DNA of 64,000 bases, taken from positions 224,001 through 288,000 of the forward strand of contig CAVYBH010000013.1 in the NCBI GenBank assembly GCA_963766715.1. Reading direction: 5' to 3'. The notes beneath the pieces were generated by a model. It ran no database searches. It was given only the letters and a program-made list of their open reading frames with translations, and was not told the DNA's origin. The stretch is from an uncultured delta proteobacterium (lineage in GTDB: Bacteria; Myxococcota; Myxococcia; Myxococcales; Anaeromyxobacteraceae). Position numbers and translations under genes: made by a program. This document shows, piece by piece, positions 20,046-30,140 of the stretch (its first letter is position 1; each line of letters opens with the position of its first letter).

Positions 20046-21318
20046 GTGCGTACCGTCTCGGCGGCAGAAGCCGTCTCCGCCATCCAGTCCGGCAACCGGG
20101 TCTTCATCCACAGCGTCGCCGCCGCGCCCCGCCGCCTCATCGAGGCCATGACGGCGCGCGCCGGGGAGCTGCGGGTGGTGGAGATCGTCCAGCTCCACAC
20201 CGAGGGGGAAGCCCCCTACGCCGCGCCGGAGATGGCCCGGAGCTTCCGGGTGAACTCGGTCTTCGTCGGCCCGAACATCCGCGACGCCATCCAGGACGGC
20301 CGCGCCGACTACCTGCCCGTCTTCCTCTCCGAGGTGCCCAAGCTCTTCCGGACCGGGCTGCTCCCCCTCGACGTGGCCCTCGTCCAGGTCTCGCCTCCGG
20401 ACCGGCACGGCTTCTGCTCGCTCGGCGTCTCGGTCGACGCCACCCGCGCCGCCGTCCAGACCGCGCGCACGGTGATCGCCCAGGTGAACCGCAACATGCC
20501 CCGCACGCACGGGGACGGGCTCATCCACCTCGACGACATCGACTTCGGCGTCCTCGGCGACGACCCGATCCCGGAGCTCCGCCACCCGCCCATGTCCGAG
20601 GTGGACCGGGCGGTCGGGCAGCACTGCGCCGAGCTGGTCGAGGACGGCGCCACCCTCCAGATCGGCATCGGCACCATCCCCGACGCCACGCTGGCCGCCC
20701 TGGGCGGCCATCACCGGCTCGGCATCCACACCGAGATGCTGTCCGACGGCGTGGTCGACCTCGTCGAGAAGGGCGTGGTCACGGGAGAGCTGAAGCGGGT
20801 TCACCCGGGCAAGATCGTGGCCGGCTTCGCGCTGGGCACGCGCCGGCTCTACGACTTCATGGACGACAACCCGCTCGTCCAGATGCTCGACATCGCCTAC
20901 GTGAACGACCCCACGGTCATCCGGCGCAACCCGCGCGTCACCGCCATCAACGGCGCGCTCGAGGTGGACATCACCGGGCAGGTCTGCGCCGACTCGATCG
21001 GCGAGCGGCTCTACTCCGGCGTGGGCGGCCAGATGGACTTCATCCGCGCCGCGGCCCTGTCCGAGGGCGGCAAGCCCATCATCGCGCTCCCTTCGGTGAC
21101 CACGAGCGGCGAGTCGCGGGTGGTCTCGCAGCTGAAGCCCGGCGCCGGCGTCGTCACCACCCGCGCACACGTGCACTTCGTCGTCACCGAGCACGGCATC
21201 GCCGACCTCTTCGGCAAGAACCTCCGCCAGCGCGCCGAGGCGCTCATCGCCGTGGCCGATCCCGCGCCACCGCGACGCCCTCTCGGCCGAGGCCCGGCGC
21301 CGCTTCGGGAGCTGGTAG
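20046..21318 (+). CDS. Acetyl-CoA hydrolase / 4-hydroxybutyrate CoA-transferase (frameshift near the 3' end)
   Basis: SPPD.HGFCSLG, LQIGIG.IP, HTEM, SGVGGQMDF, VVTEHG.ADL.GK; GGAGG RBS. Confidence 0.92.
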
Positions 21319-21362
21319 CCTCGGTGCGCGGGCGGCCAGCGAGCCGCGCCGCGGCTGCCCGA

Positions 21363-21521
21363 TCAGTCGCCCCGGAACAGGATCGCGCCGAAGAGCACCG
21401 CGACGATCAGGAGCGCGAGGAGGAACAGGACGGACGACCTGTAGGTCGGGTCCCGCGCGCCACACTTCCGGCACAGGGCACTGAACCAGGACTTGCTCCC
21501 GCCGCAGTTCGGACAGGTCAT
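21363..21521 (-). CDS. Small (52 aa) zinc-ribbon membrane protein
   Basis: MTCPNCG..CRKCG followed by a TM helix; ATGA overlap with the upstream stop. Confidence 0.6.
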   Translation of the reverse strand: MTCPNCGGSKSWFSALCRKCGARDPTYRSSVLFLLALLIVAVLFGAILFRGD

Positions 21522-23511
21522 CTGCTGCCTTCTTCGAGAGGCGACGACCGAGACGCGGCCTCCTGCAGCCTGAACCCTTCCGCGCTGTCGCCGATTCCGC
21601 CGCCCGGGACGGTTGGGGGTAAGTCCTCGATCAGCGCGGCGGCGCACCGCGGCCGTCGAGGTACGCCTGGAGCTGCGCCGCGATTCCTGGCGAGAGACGG
21701 CGGATGGCCTCCGCCTCGTGGCGCGCGGCCGGCAGGTCGCCCAGCTGGGCGAGCGCGAGCGCCAGCTGGGCGCGAGCGAGCGGGCTGGGTGCGGATGACG
21801 TCGCCGGCGCCTCTCAGCAGCCGGACCGTGTCGGCGTACCGTCCCAGCGCGTTCCAGCAGGCGGCCAGGTTGGCGTAGGCGTCGGGATAGGCCGGGCGGC
21901 GCGCGATGGCCTGCTCGAAGTACGGCGCGGCCTCGGCGTATCGGCGGGCCTCGAAGCGCATGGTGCCCAGGTCGTACCAGGGCGCGGCGAGCTTCGGGTC
22001 GAGGTCGATGGCCCGGCGGAGGTGGGACTCCGCCTCGGCGGGGCGCCCGGCCTCCTCCAGGGCGAGCCCCAGGCTCTCGTGCGCCTGGGCGTAGGCCGGC
22101 TCGATCCGGACGGCGTCCTGGAGGAGCGGCATCGCCTCGGCCCGGCGCCCGAGCCGGTGAAGCGCCACCCCCAGGTTGTGGCGCGGTCGCGCCTTCGCGG
22201 GAGCCTTCAGCGACGGCGTCGGTCCACAGCGCCACCTCGCTCGACCAGACCTCGTTTCGATTCCAGGTGACGGTTCCGAGGACGGCGGCGAGGAGAGCCC
22301 GGCCGCACCCGTGACCGCCGCGGTGCGGTCGGGCGCGAGCGCGGTGCGCTCCCATCGCGAGGAGCGTGGCGGCGGAGATCGCGAGCCCCGCCATGGGCAG
22401 GTAGACCCGGTGCTCGTACATCACGTCGAGGATGGGGATGACGCTCGACTCCACCGAGAGTGCGAGGAAGAACCATCCGATCCCGAGGGCGACGACGCGC
22501 GCCGCCGGGTCGAGGGGTCGCCGGCGGTGCGGCGACGAGGCGTGGACCAGCCATCCGGCCAGGAGGGCGATCGCGAGCAGGAGGAGCGCCGAACCGAGCA
22601 CGGCCGGGTCGAGAAGCGCGTGGCGCAGCGGCACGTCGTGGTCGATGGTCTGCCCGGACGGGAACGCGATCAGGCCGAGGTAGCGGGCGACCACGGTGAG
22701 CTCGGTGAGCAGGTAATCCCCGCGGGACATCGACGTCTGCACCCGGGGCAGGTCGATCGGCCCGGTCGTCGCCCCGGCCGGCGCGGTCGCGAGGAGCAGC
22801 GTCGCCGGGATGATCGCCATGGTGGCCAGGAACGGCAGGAGGGGGACGAGACGGCGCCACGGTCCCTCGAAGAGGAGGACCTCGAGGAGGAGGAGGGCCA
22901 GGGGCAACGTGAAGGCGATCTCCTTCGACCGCATGGCCAGCACCGCGGCGAGGAGCGCCGCTCCGTAGCCCACGTGCGCCCTCCACCCCCGCGCCCCGGC
23001 CTCCCGGCCGTTCCTCCAGCGCACGTAGAGGAGCGCGGAGAGCAGGTAGAAGAAGGTCGCGAGGGACGCGAGCCGCTGGACGATGTACGAGACCGCCTGG
23101 GTCTGGATGGGGTGGGCGGCGAAGAGGAGCCCGGCCGCCATGCCCACGGCCCAGGCCGACGGCACGAGCGCCGACCGCCGCAGCCGGGGGGCCTGGAAGA
23201 CGGCGAGGACCAGGCCGAGGAGGAGCAGCGAGCTGGCGACGTGGATGGCCAGGTTCACCGCGCGGTGGAAGGTGGGGTCGTTCCCGCCGATGGCGCGGTC
23301 GATCGCGAAGGTGGCGAAGGTGACGCGCCCGGTTGGGCTGGGCCGCGTACCCCGGTCCGCCGGGCAGGTAGTCGAGCGGCCGGTCGAGCCCGGGGTTGTC
23401 CCTGACGTTCGGCGTGTCGTCGAAGACGAACGCGCCCGGGAATGCGCTCGAGTAGGCGAGAAGGCTGGCGGCGACGATGGCGGCCGCGGCCAGGAATCCG
23501 TGGGATCTCAT
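21518..23511 (-). CDS. TMTC-like GT-C protein O-mannosyltransferase with C-terminal TPRs (multiple frameshifts)
   Basis: FVFDD, FH.VNL.IH, LFAAHPIQTQAV.YIVQR, SKE, EHRVYLP, RN.VW....LW.D, then TPR repeats. Confidence 0.82.
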
Positions 23512-23552
23512 TTCCTCGCTGCCCTTGTACGCGAGCCGTCGCAAAGGTTGAA

Positions 23553-23642
23553 GCGGAAGTCGCCGACCCGGGCAGGCCCCCGGTGGGCTGGGGCATTTCC
23601 CGCAGGGCGGTGGGGGAAAGGACCCGCCCGGGTTCACTTCGC
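23553..23642 (-). ncRNA. Candidate structured RNA (long hairpin) between divergent genes
   Basis: 14-bp stem ACCCGGGCGGGTCC / GGGCCTGCCCGGGT pairs fully (two G-U) only on the minus strand; flanked by an outer stem and enclosing an inner stem. Confidence 0.3.
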
Positions 23643-23721
23643 GGTGTAGGCATTCCGGCTACTTGGCCGCACCGTGGACTCCAAAGGGCTAGTACGCGGG
23701 TTGCAACGGTCCAGCGGGTCG

Positions 23722-25588
23722 ATGGCCTCCCCGCTCCTCGCGCTCACATCCCGTGGTTCACACTGGGTCGCGGTCGCCGCGCTGGTGTCGCTCTGCGCCT
23801 GTTCCCAGGGCGTGACCTCGTCGTCCCCCGCCCCGGTCCGGCCCGGAGCCGGCTGGCGCCCCGGCTGCCGTCGCCCCTGCCCTCGCAGCGCCCGACCCGA
23901 CGCCGGCCAGGCTCCCCGCGCCCAGCCCGGACCCTGCGGCCCCGGCGGCCGACCTCCCGTCCCCGTCCCCGGCCAGCTGCGGGCCACCGCCCAGTCGGCC
24001 TCGGAGATCGCGCTCGCCTGGCAGCCCTCGGCATCGGGGTCGGGACCCGTCGCCTACGAGGTCTTCCGCGACGACGCCCGGGTGGGCCACGTCGAAGGGA
24101 CGACGATGGTCGACTCGTCGCTCCGGCCCGGCAAGCGCCACTGCTACGCGGTGCGCGCCGTCGACCCGGCCGGCCGGGCGTCGGCCCGCAGCGCGACCGC
24201 CTGCGCGCAGACCCTCGACACCGACCGCACCGTCCGCCCCGTCCGGCGTGACGGCCACGGCTCGCCCGGGAAACGTCGCCGAGCTCTCCTGGAGCCCATC
24301 CACCGACGACGTCGGCGTCACCTCCTACGAGGTGGCCAGCGCCGACGCGCCCGCGACGACCGTGAAGGGAACCGCGCTGCGGGCGGAGAAGCTGGCCCCG
24401 GGGCGCGAGCACTGCTGGACGGTGAAGGCGCTCGACCTGGCCGGGAACCGGTCCGCCGCCTCCGACCCGGCCTGCGCCGCCATTCCCGACACCACCCCGC
24501 CGACCGTGCCCACCCGGGTGGTGGCGACCGCGGCCGGCGAGCGCCTCGTCGATCTCCAGTGGGAAGCCTCCCGCGACGACGTGGCGGTGGTCCGCTACGA
24601 GGTCCAGCGGGCCGGCGCACCGGTCCTGGCCGCGGCGGACACCTCGGCGCGGGATTGGGGGCTCGCTCCCGCGCAGCGCTACTGCTACGCGGTGCGCGCC
24701 TGCGACGCGGCCGGCAACTGCTCCGCCCCCGCCCCGGAGGCGTGCGCCACGACCCCCGACCTCACGCCGCCCACCCGGCCCGCCACCCTCGACGCAAATC
24801 CCCGCGGCGACAAGTCCATCGAGCTCGCCTGGGCGAGCGCCACGGACGAGGTCGGCGTCACCGGCTACGAGCTGCGGCGCGGCGAGAAGGTGGTGGCCTC
24901 GGGCCAGGCCGGCCTCGCCTTCACCGATGGCGGACTCCGGCCGGGCACGCCGTACTGCTACACCGTGCTCGCCGTCGACGCGGCCGGCAACCGCTCGCCG
25001 TCGACGCGCGCCTGCGCCACCACGCTCGACCTCGAGGCGCCCAGCACGCCCGGCCGCCCGGCAGCGGTCTCCGTCTCCTCCTCGCAGCTCTTCCTGGGAT
25101 GGGACCCCTCCACCGACGACGTGGGCGTGGCCGGCTACGAGGTCCTCCGCGACGGGGCCGTGGTCGCCCGGGTGACGGTGACGCGCGCGAGGGAGACCCG
25201 GCTGCCCGCCAACCGGAAGTTCTGCTACTCCGTGCGGGCCTTCGACGCCGCCGGCAACCGCTCCGAGCCGGCCGGCCCGGCCTGCGCCACCACGGCCAAT
25301 CCCTCCCAGCTCGCCTCGCCCTCGGATCTCCGCGTGGTCCGCGTCTCCACCACCGACGTGCTCCTGCAGTGGGAGCCCTCCGAGCAGGCGGGGGTGCTCT
25401 ACCGCATCTACGCGAACGGGACGAAGAGCGTGGGGCTCACGCGCGGGAACACCTTCAACCCCTCCGGCCGGATCGGCGCGCAGGCCGACTGCTACCGGGT
25501 GGCCGCGCTGGACGACGAGGGGCGCGAGTCACCCCGCTCCAACGAGGTGTGCGCCCTGCTGGCTCCTGGCCCGGTGTCGCAGCGCTGA
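23722..25588 (+). CDS. Lipoprotein made of six fibronectin type III repeats (frameshifted)
   Basis: Lipobox LCAC; repeated W..STDDVGV..YEV..CY.VRA.DAAGN.S..AC.TT; no catalytic domain. Confidence 0.85.
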
Positions 25589-25609
25589 GGAGAAGCCGCG
25601 GCTCGCGGG

Positions 25610-26533
25610 CTACGCGTGCTGGCTCGCCGGAGCGAGCTTCGGCAGGCGGACCCGCAGCGGCTCCAGCTCGCTCTCGCCGCTGACGCGCACCACGCGGTGG
25701 CTCGACGGGTCGCCGAGCACCTTCGAGACGAGCGCGTGGTTCAGGCCGTGGCCGCTCTTGTAGGCGCGGAAGTGGCCGATCACCGGGAGACCGAAGAGGG
25801 ACAGGTCGCCGATGGCGTCGAGCACCTTGTGGCGCGCGAACTCGTCGGAGAAGCGCAGCCCCTCGGGGTTCAGGATGGAGAAGTCGTCGACCACGATCGC
25901 GTTCTCGAGGCTTCCGCCCCGGGCCAGGCCGGCCTTCTTCATCGCCTCGATGTCGCGCAGGAAGCAGAAGGTGCGCGCGCGGGCCACCTCCCGCTCGTAG
26001 TTGCGGTCGGAGAAGGCGAAGCGGAAGGCCTGGTCGGTGACGAGCGGGTGCTTGAAGTCGACGGTGAACTCGATGGAGAGCGAGTCGGAGGGCTCGAGCC
26101 GGGCCAGCTTGTCGCCGTCGCGGACCTCCACGGTCCGCTCCATGAGGATGAACTGCTTGCCGGCGCGCTGCTCGGCGATGCCGGCCTCGCGGATGAGGGC
26201 CACGAAGGGAGCCGACGAGCCGTCGAGGATGGGGATCTCGGGGCCGTCCACCTCGACCCGGCAGTTGTCGATGCCCATGCCGGTGAGGGCGGAGAGCACG
26301 TGCTCCACGGTGTGGACGCGGGCCTGGCCGAGCGCCAGGTTGGTGCTGAGGGTGGTGTCGACGACGTGGGCGGAGCGGGCCGGGATCTCGGCGCCGAGGT
26401 CCATCCGGACGAAGCGAACGCCGCTGTCGGCCGGGGCCGGGGCGAGCGTGAGCGAGGCGGGACGGCCGGAGTGGAGTCCGACCCCCGAGCAGGTCACCCG
26501 CTTTGCCACCGTTCGCTGGTTCCAGTACGCCAT
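25610..26533 (-). CDS. lpxC: UDP-3-O-acyl-N-acetylglucosamine deacetylase
   Basis: GVGLHSG, TVEHVLSAL, EIPILDGS, ARARTF, RHKVLDAIGDL, KSGH. Confidence 0.97.
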   Translation of the reverse strand: MAYWNQRTVAKRVTCSGVGLHSGRPASLTLAPAPADSGVRFVRMDLGAEIPARSAHVVDTTLSTNLALGQARVHTVEHVLSALTGMGIDNCRVEVDGPEIPILDGSSAPFVALIREAGIAEQRAGKQFILMERTVEVRDGDKLARLEPSDSLSIEFTVDFKHPLVTDQAFRFAFSDRNYEREVARARTFCFLRDIEAMKKAGLARGGSLENAIVVDDFSILNPEGLRFSDEFARHKVLDAIGDLSLFGLPVIGHFRAYKSGHGLNHALVSKVLGDPSSHRVVRVSGESELEPLRVRLPKLAPASQHA

Positions 26534-26603
26534 GTCGATTGCCTCCCGTGCCAACGCCGCCCTGCGATGCTGCACCGCGTAAACGCTGCGCGCGCTGGTA
26601 AGG

Positions 26604-26619
26604 AGCAAGAAGAGTGCCT
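26604..26619 (-). promoter_or_regulatory. Putative sigma54 (-24/-12) promoter of lpxC
   Basis: Minus strand AGGCACTCTTCTTGCT = GG-N10-GC, close to TGGCACNNNNNTTGCW; inverted repeats upstream at 26662-26689 and 26699-26713. Confidence 0.6.
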
Positions 26620-26846
26620 CCGGAGCACGCCAGTCCCATCCGGACGGCCAAGAACAGGGATGCGGCTGATATCACAGGGTATTAGCCGCCGGCAAGCCGG
26701 AAAGCCAGTTTCCCGACTGTCATGGGCGTGTCGCCGAGGCCGAACAGGCAGGACATGGATGTCGCGGTCTGGCCGCCGGCCGCGCAGTTCCTCGGTGAAT
26801 TCGGGTATATCCATGGCCGGGCCCCGCACCTGCGGGCCCTATCCCC

Positions 26847-27534
26847 TTGATTCCCCTGAGGAACGACATCCCGGTTCGCCGGACCCCTGCGGTGACCTGG
26901 GGCCTCATCGCCGCCAACGTCATCGTCTTCGTCTGGCAGCTGGGCGTCGGGATCAACCTGTCGGCCCTGATTGGCGGGGTGATTCCCTACGAGGTGATGA
27001 CCTTCCGGGACATCGGTCCCCGGGACCTGGTCCCTCCCCCGTTCACCGTCCTCACGAGCATGTTCCTCCACGGCGGGTTCTTCCACCTGGGGGGGAACCT
27101 GCTCTTCCTCTGGGTGTTCGGCCCGAACGTCGAGGACGTCCTCGGCCGCTTCCGGTTCCTCGGCCTTCTACCTGGCGAGCGGGGTGGCCGCGGCCATCGC
27201 CCACACCTTGCTCTCGGTCGCCGCGGGCGATCCGCTCGTCCCCATGGTCGGGGCCAGCGGCGCCATCGCCGGCGTCATGGGCGCCTACATCGTCCTCTTC
27301 CCGAGGGCGCGCGTCCTGACCGCGGTGCCGATCTTCGTCTTCGTCCGGTTCATGCACCTGCCGGCGTCGTTCTTCATCGGCCTCTGGTTCGTCCTGCAGA
27401 TGCTCTTCGCCTTCGTGGGCGACTCCGGATTGGGCGTGGCCTTCTTCGCCCACATCGGCGGGTTCGTCTTCGGGTGGCTGGTGACGAAGGTGCTCGTGCG
27501 CACCCAGCTGCGGCGCCGCGGCGCCGGCTGGTGA
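26847..27534 (+). CDS. Rhomboid family intramembrane serine protease (frameshift near 27170)
   Basis: TSMFLHGG..HL.GN.LFLWVFG.NVED, GASGAI.G, VAFFAHIGGF. Confidence 0.9.
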
Positions 27535-27538
27535 CGGA

Positions 27539-28567
27539 TCAGAAGAGCGGGTCCTGGCCGCCGCGCGGGCGGTCGCGTCCCAGGTGCGCGTAGGCCGGCG
27601 GAAGCGCCACGCGCCCTCGGGGCGTGCGGGCCAGGTAGCCCTCGCGAACCAGGAAGGGCTCGTAGACGTCCTCGATGGTGTCGCGCTCCTCGCCCACCGC
27701 CGCGGCGATGGCGTCGATGCCCACCGGGCCCCCGCCGAAGACGTCGATGACCACGGTGAGGATTCGCCGGTCCATGGCGTCGAGCCCGCTCGCGTCGACC
27801 TCGAGCCGCTCCAGGGTGCGCTTCACGATGGCCGGCGTGATCCGTCCGTCCCCCTCGACCTGGGCGAAGTCGCGGGCGCGGAGCAGGAGCCGGATGGCGA
27901 TGCGCGGCGTGCCGCGGGCCCGCCGGGCCAGCTCGTCGACGCCGGCCGGGTCGATGGGGAGCCGCAGCTTCCCGGCGGCGCGGACCGCGATCTCCTTCAG
28001 GTCGGGCGGGGCGTAGTAGTCGAGCCGCTCCTGGATGGGGAACCGGTCGCGCAGCGGGCTCGCGAGCAGGCCGGTGCGGGTGGTGGCCCCCACCAGCGTG
28101 AATCGCTCGAGCTTCATCTCCATGGTCTGCGCGCCCAGCCCGGCCCCCAGGACGACGTCGAAGCGGAAGTCCTCCATGGCCGGGTAGAGCGCCTCCTCCA
28201 CGGCGGGCGAGAGCCGGTGGATCTCGTCGATGAAGAGGATGTCGCGCGGGGCGAGCGCGGTGAGCAGGCCGGCCAGGTCGCCCTTCTTCACCAGCGCCGG
28301 GCCGCTCGTGACGTGCATGGCCACGCCCAGCTCGGCGGAGAGGATGTGGGCGAGCGAGGTCTTCCCGAGCCCCGGAGGGCCGGAGAGGAGCACGTGGTCC
28401 AGGGCCTCGCCGCGCTGGCGGGCCGCCTGGGCATAGACCCGGAAGTTCTCGACCAGCTTCTTCTGGCCGACGTACTCGTCGAACGTGGCCGGCCGGAGCG
28501 ACTGCTCCAGCCGCTCCTCGCCCACCTGGGCCCTTCCCGAAAGCTCGCGCGCCGGCTGCACCGACAT
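27539..28567 (-). CDS. ruvB: Holliday junction branch migration helicase RuvB
   Basis: LRP..FDEYVGQ, GPPGLGKT, FIDEIHRL, GATTR, RGTPRIA, RTPRGR. Confidence 0.97.
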   Translation of the reverse strand: MSVQPARELSGRAQVGEERLEQSLRPATFDEYVGQKKLVENFRVYAQAARQRGEALDHVLLSGPPGLGKTSLAHILSAELGVAMHVTSGPALVKKGDLAGLLTALAPRDILFIDEIHRLSPAVEEALYPAMEDFRFDVVLGAGLGAQTMEMKLERFTLVGATTRTGLLASPLRDRFPIQERLDYYAPPDLKEIAVRAAGKLRLPIDPAGVDELARRARGTPRIAIRLLLRARDFAQVEGDGRITPAIVKRTLERLEVDASGLDAMDRRILTVVIDVFGGGPVGIDAIAAAVGEERDTIEDVYEPFLVREGYLARTPRGRVALPPAYAHLGRDRPRGGQDPLF

Positions 28568-28572
28568 CCGGG

Positions 28573-28579
28573 TAATGTA
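28573..28579. promoter_or_regulatory. Overlapping bidirectional -10 elements between divergent start codons
   Basis: Plus TAATGT-N7-GTG (28586); minus TGc-TACATT-N6-ATG (28567); only 18 bp between the starts. Confidence 0.6.
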
Positions 28580-28585
28580 GCACTC

Positions 28586-28984
28586 GTGTCCGACCGGCTC
28601 GATGGGCGATTCGCCCCCTTCTCCGCGATCGCCCGGGTGGCGCTGCTCGCGCTCGTGGCCGCCTGCCAGCCCCTCGGCCCGATTTCCCCGCCTCCGGACG
28701 GCGGCACGCCCTGCTCCCGCGCGGTGGCCGTCGCGGCCGACACGGTGGTGATCTCGGCCGGCGCGTGCAACCCGTGGTGCATCCACGTCGCGGTGGGGAC
28801 CCCGATCTACTTCCTGAACCAGGACCCGGGCCTCTACTACTTCGTGGCGGATCCTCCGCTCCCCTACGACGTGCAGGTGCCGGGGAGCGCGCCGGCGGTC
28901 ACCCTGCCGCTCTCGACCGCGGGCACGGTGACCTTCACGGCCGTGCACGCCCCGTCGGCGACGGTGACCGTCTTCGTGGAGTGA
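28586..28984 (+). CDS. Hypothetical lipoprotein with a cupredoxin-like beta fold, inserted between ruvA and ruvB
   Basis: Lipobox VAAC; P.CI.VAVGT.I.F.N.D pattern; fills the gap on the opposite strand. Confidence 0.55.
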   Translation: MSDRLDGRFAPFSAIARVALLALVAACQPLGPISPPPDGGTPCSRAVAVAADTVVISAGACNPWCIHVAVGTPIYFLNQDPGLYYFVADPPLPYDVQVPGSAPAVTLPLSTAGTVTFTAVHAPSATVTVFVE

Positions 28985-28997
28985 CGCGGGGCGGGCG

Positions 28998-29589
28998 CTA
29001 GCCCCGCAGGCGCTTCAGCGCCTCGCGGAGCAGGTCGTCGAGCCCGCGCCCCTCGGCGGAGCCAGCCACGGCGTCGGCGGCCTGGGCGGCCTGCTGCGGG
29101 CGGTAGCCGAGGCCGATGAGCGCCTGCTCGAGCTGCTCGATCACGCGGAGCTCGCCTCTCGCCCGCGCGCGGCGCCGCGACCCGGGCCAGCGCCACCAGC
29201 TTCTCCTTCAGCTCCAGCACCAGCCGCTCGGCGGTCTTCTTCCCGATGCCCGGGACCTTGGTGAGCCGGGCCACGTCGCCGGAGGCCACCGCGGCGGCGA
29301 ACTCGCGCGGCTCGATGCCGGAGAGGATGTGGAGCGCCGCCCGCGGCCCCACGTTCTTCACGCCGATGAGCTCGCCGAAGACCGCCTCCTCCTCCTCGGT
29401 GGCGAATCCGAAGAGGTCGAGCGCATCCTCGCGGACGTGGGTGTAGGTGCGGAGCCGGGCCCGCTCGCCGGGAGGGAGCGCGGCCAGGCTGGTCTGCGAG
29501 ACGTGGACCAGGTAGCCGACGCCGTTCACGTCGAGGACCACGGCTCCGTCCCGCTTCTCGACGACGACGCCGGTGAGCTGGGCGATCAC
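28998..29589 (-). CDS. ruvA: Holliday junction DNA helicase RuvA (frameshift near 29165)
   Basis: [55 protein letters not shown]. Confidence 0.95.
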
Positions 29590-30092
29590 GCGGCGCTCCC
29601 GGTGCGGCGGGCGCGCGGGGGCGGACCGGGATGCGGCGCCCGGCCGATGTGGCAGACGGCGAGCGCGATGGCGTCGGCCTCGTCGGCGAGGCCGGCCTCG
29701 ACGCCGAAGAGCGCGCGGGCCATGCGGATCATCTGGACCTTCTCGGCGCGGCCGTTGCCGGTGAGCGCGAGCTTGGCCTGCTGCGGAGCGTACTCGGCCA
29801 CCGGGAGCCCGGCCCGGGCGGCCGCGGCGAGCACGACCCCGCGGGCCTGACCGAGGACGAGCGCGGAACGGGGGGAGACGCCTGCGAAGACCGTCTCGAC
29901 CGCCACCGCGTCGGCCTGGGCGCGCCCGAGGATGGCCTCGAGCCCCTCGAGGATGAGCGCGAGCCTGCGCGGCAGGTCATGGTCGCCCGGCACGAGCACG
30001 CCCGACTCGATCACCCGGAGCCGGGAACCCGTCCTCGCCACCACACCGTAGCCGCACCGCTGCGTGCCCGGATCGACGCCGACGACCACCAC
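29586..30092 (-). CDS. ruvC: Crossover junction endodeoxyribonuclease RuvC
   Basis: GVDPG..CGYG, AVE..F, LGQARG, G.GRAEK.Q, DEADA.ALA. Confidence 0.95.
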   Translation of the reverse strand: MVVVGVDPGTQRCGYGVVARTGSRLRVIESGVLVPGDHDLPRRLALILEGLEAILGRAQADAVAVETVFAGVSPRSALVLGQARGVVLAAAARAGLPVAEYAPQQAKLALTGNGRAEKVQMIRMARALFGVEAGLADEADAIALAVCHIGRAPHPGPPPRARRTGSAA

Positions 30093-30140
30093 GGGCGCAT
30101 CCTGCCACGGCTCTGAATGCCCGTCCAGTAGAGGTCCCGC

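Noticed and set aside
23689..23706. TAGTACG-N4-TTGCA as a sigma54 promoter for the FN3 gene
   Set aside because: Lacks the invariant GG at -24
24290..25270. Repeated nucleotide motifs (e.g. GACGCGGCCGGCAAC, CCACCGACGACGT) as a CRISPR or DNA repeat array
   Set aside because: They are coding repeats of FN3 domains, about 270 bp apart and degenerate; no cas genes
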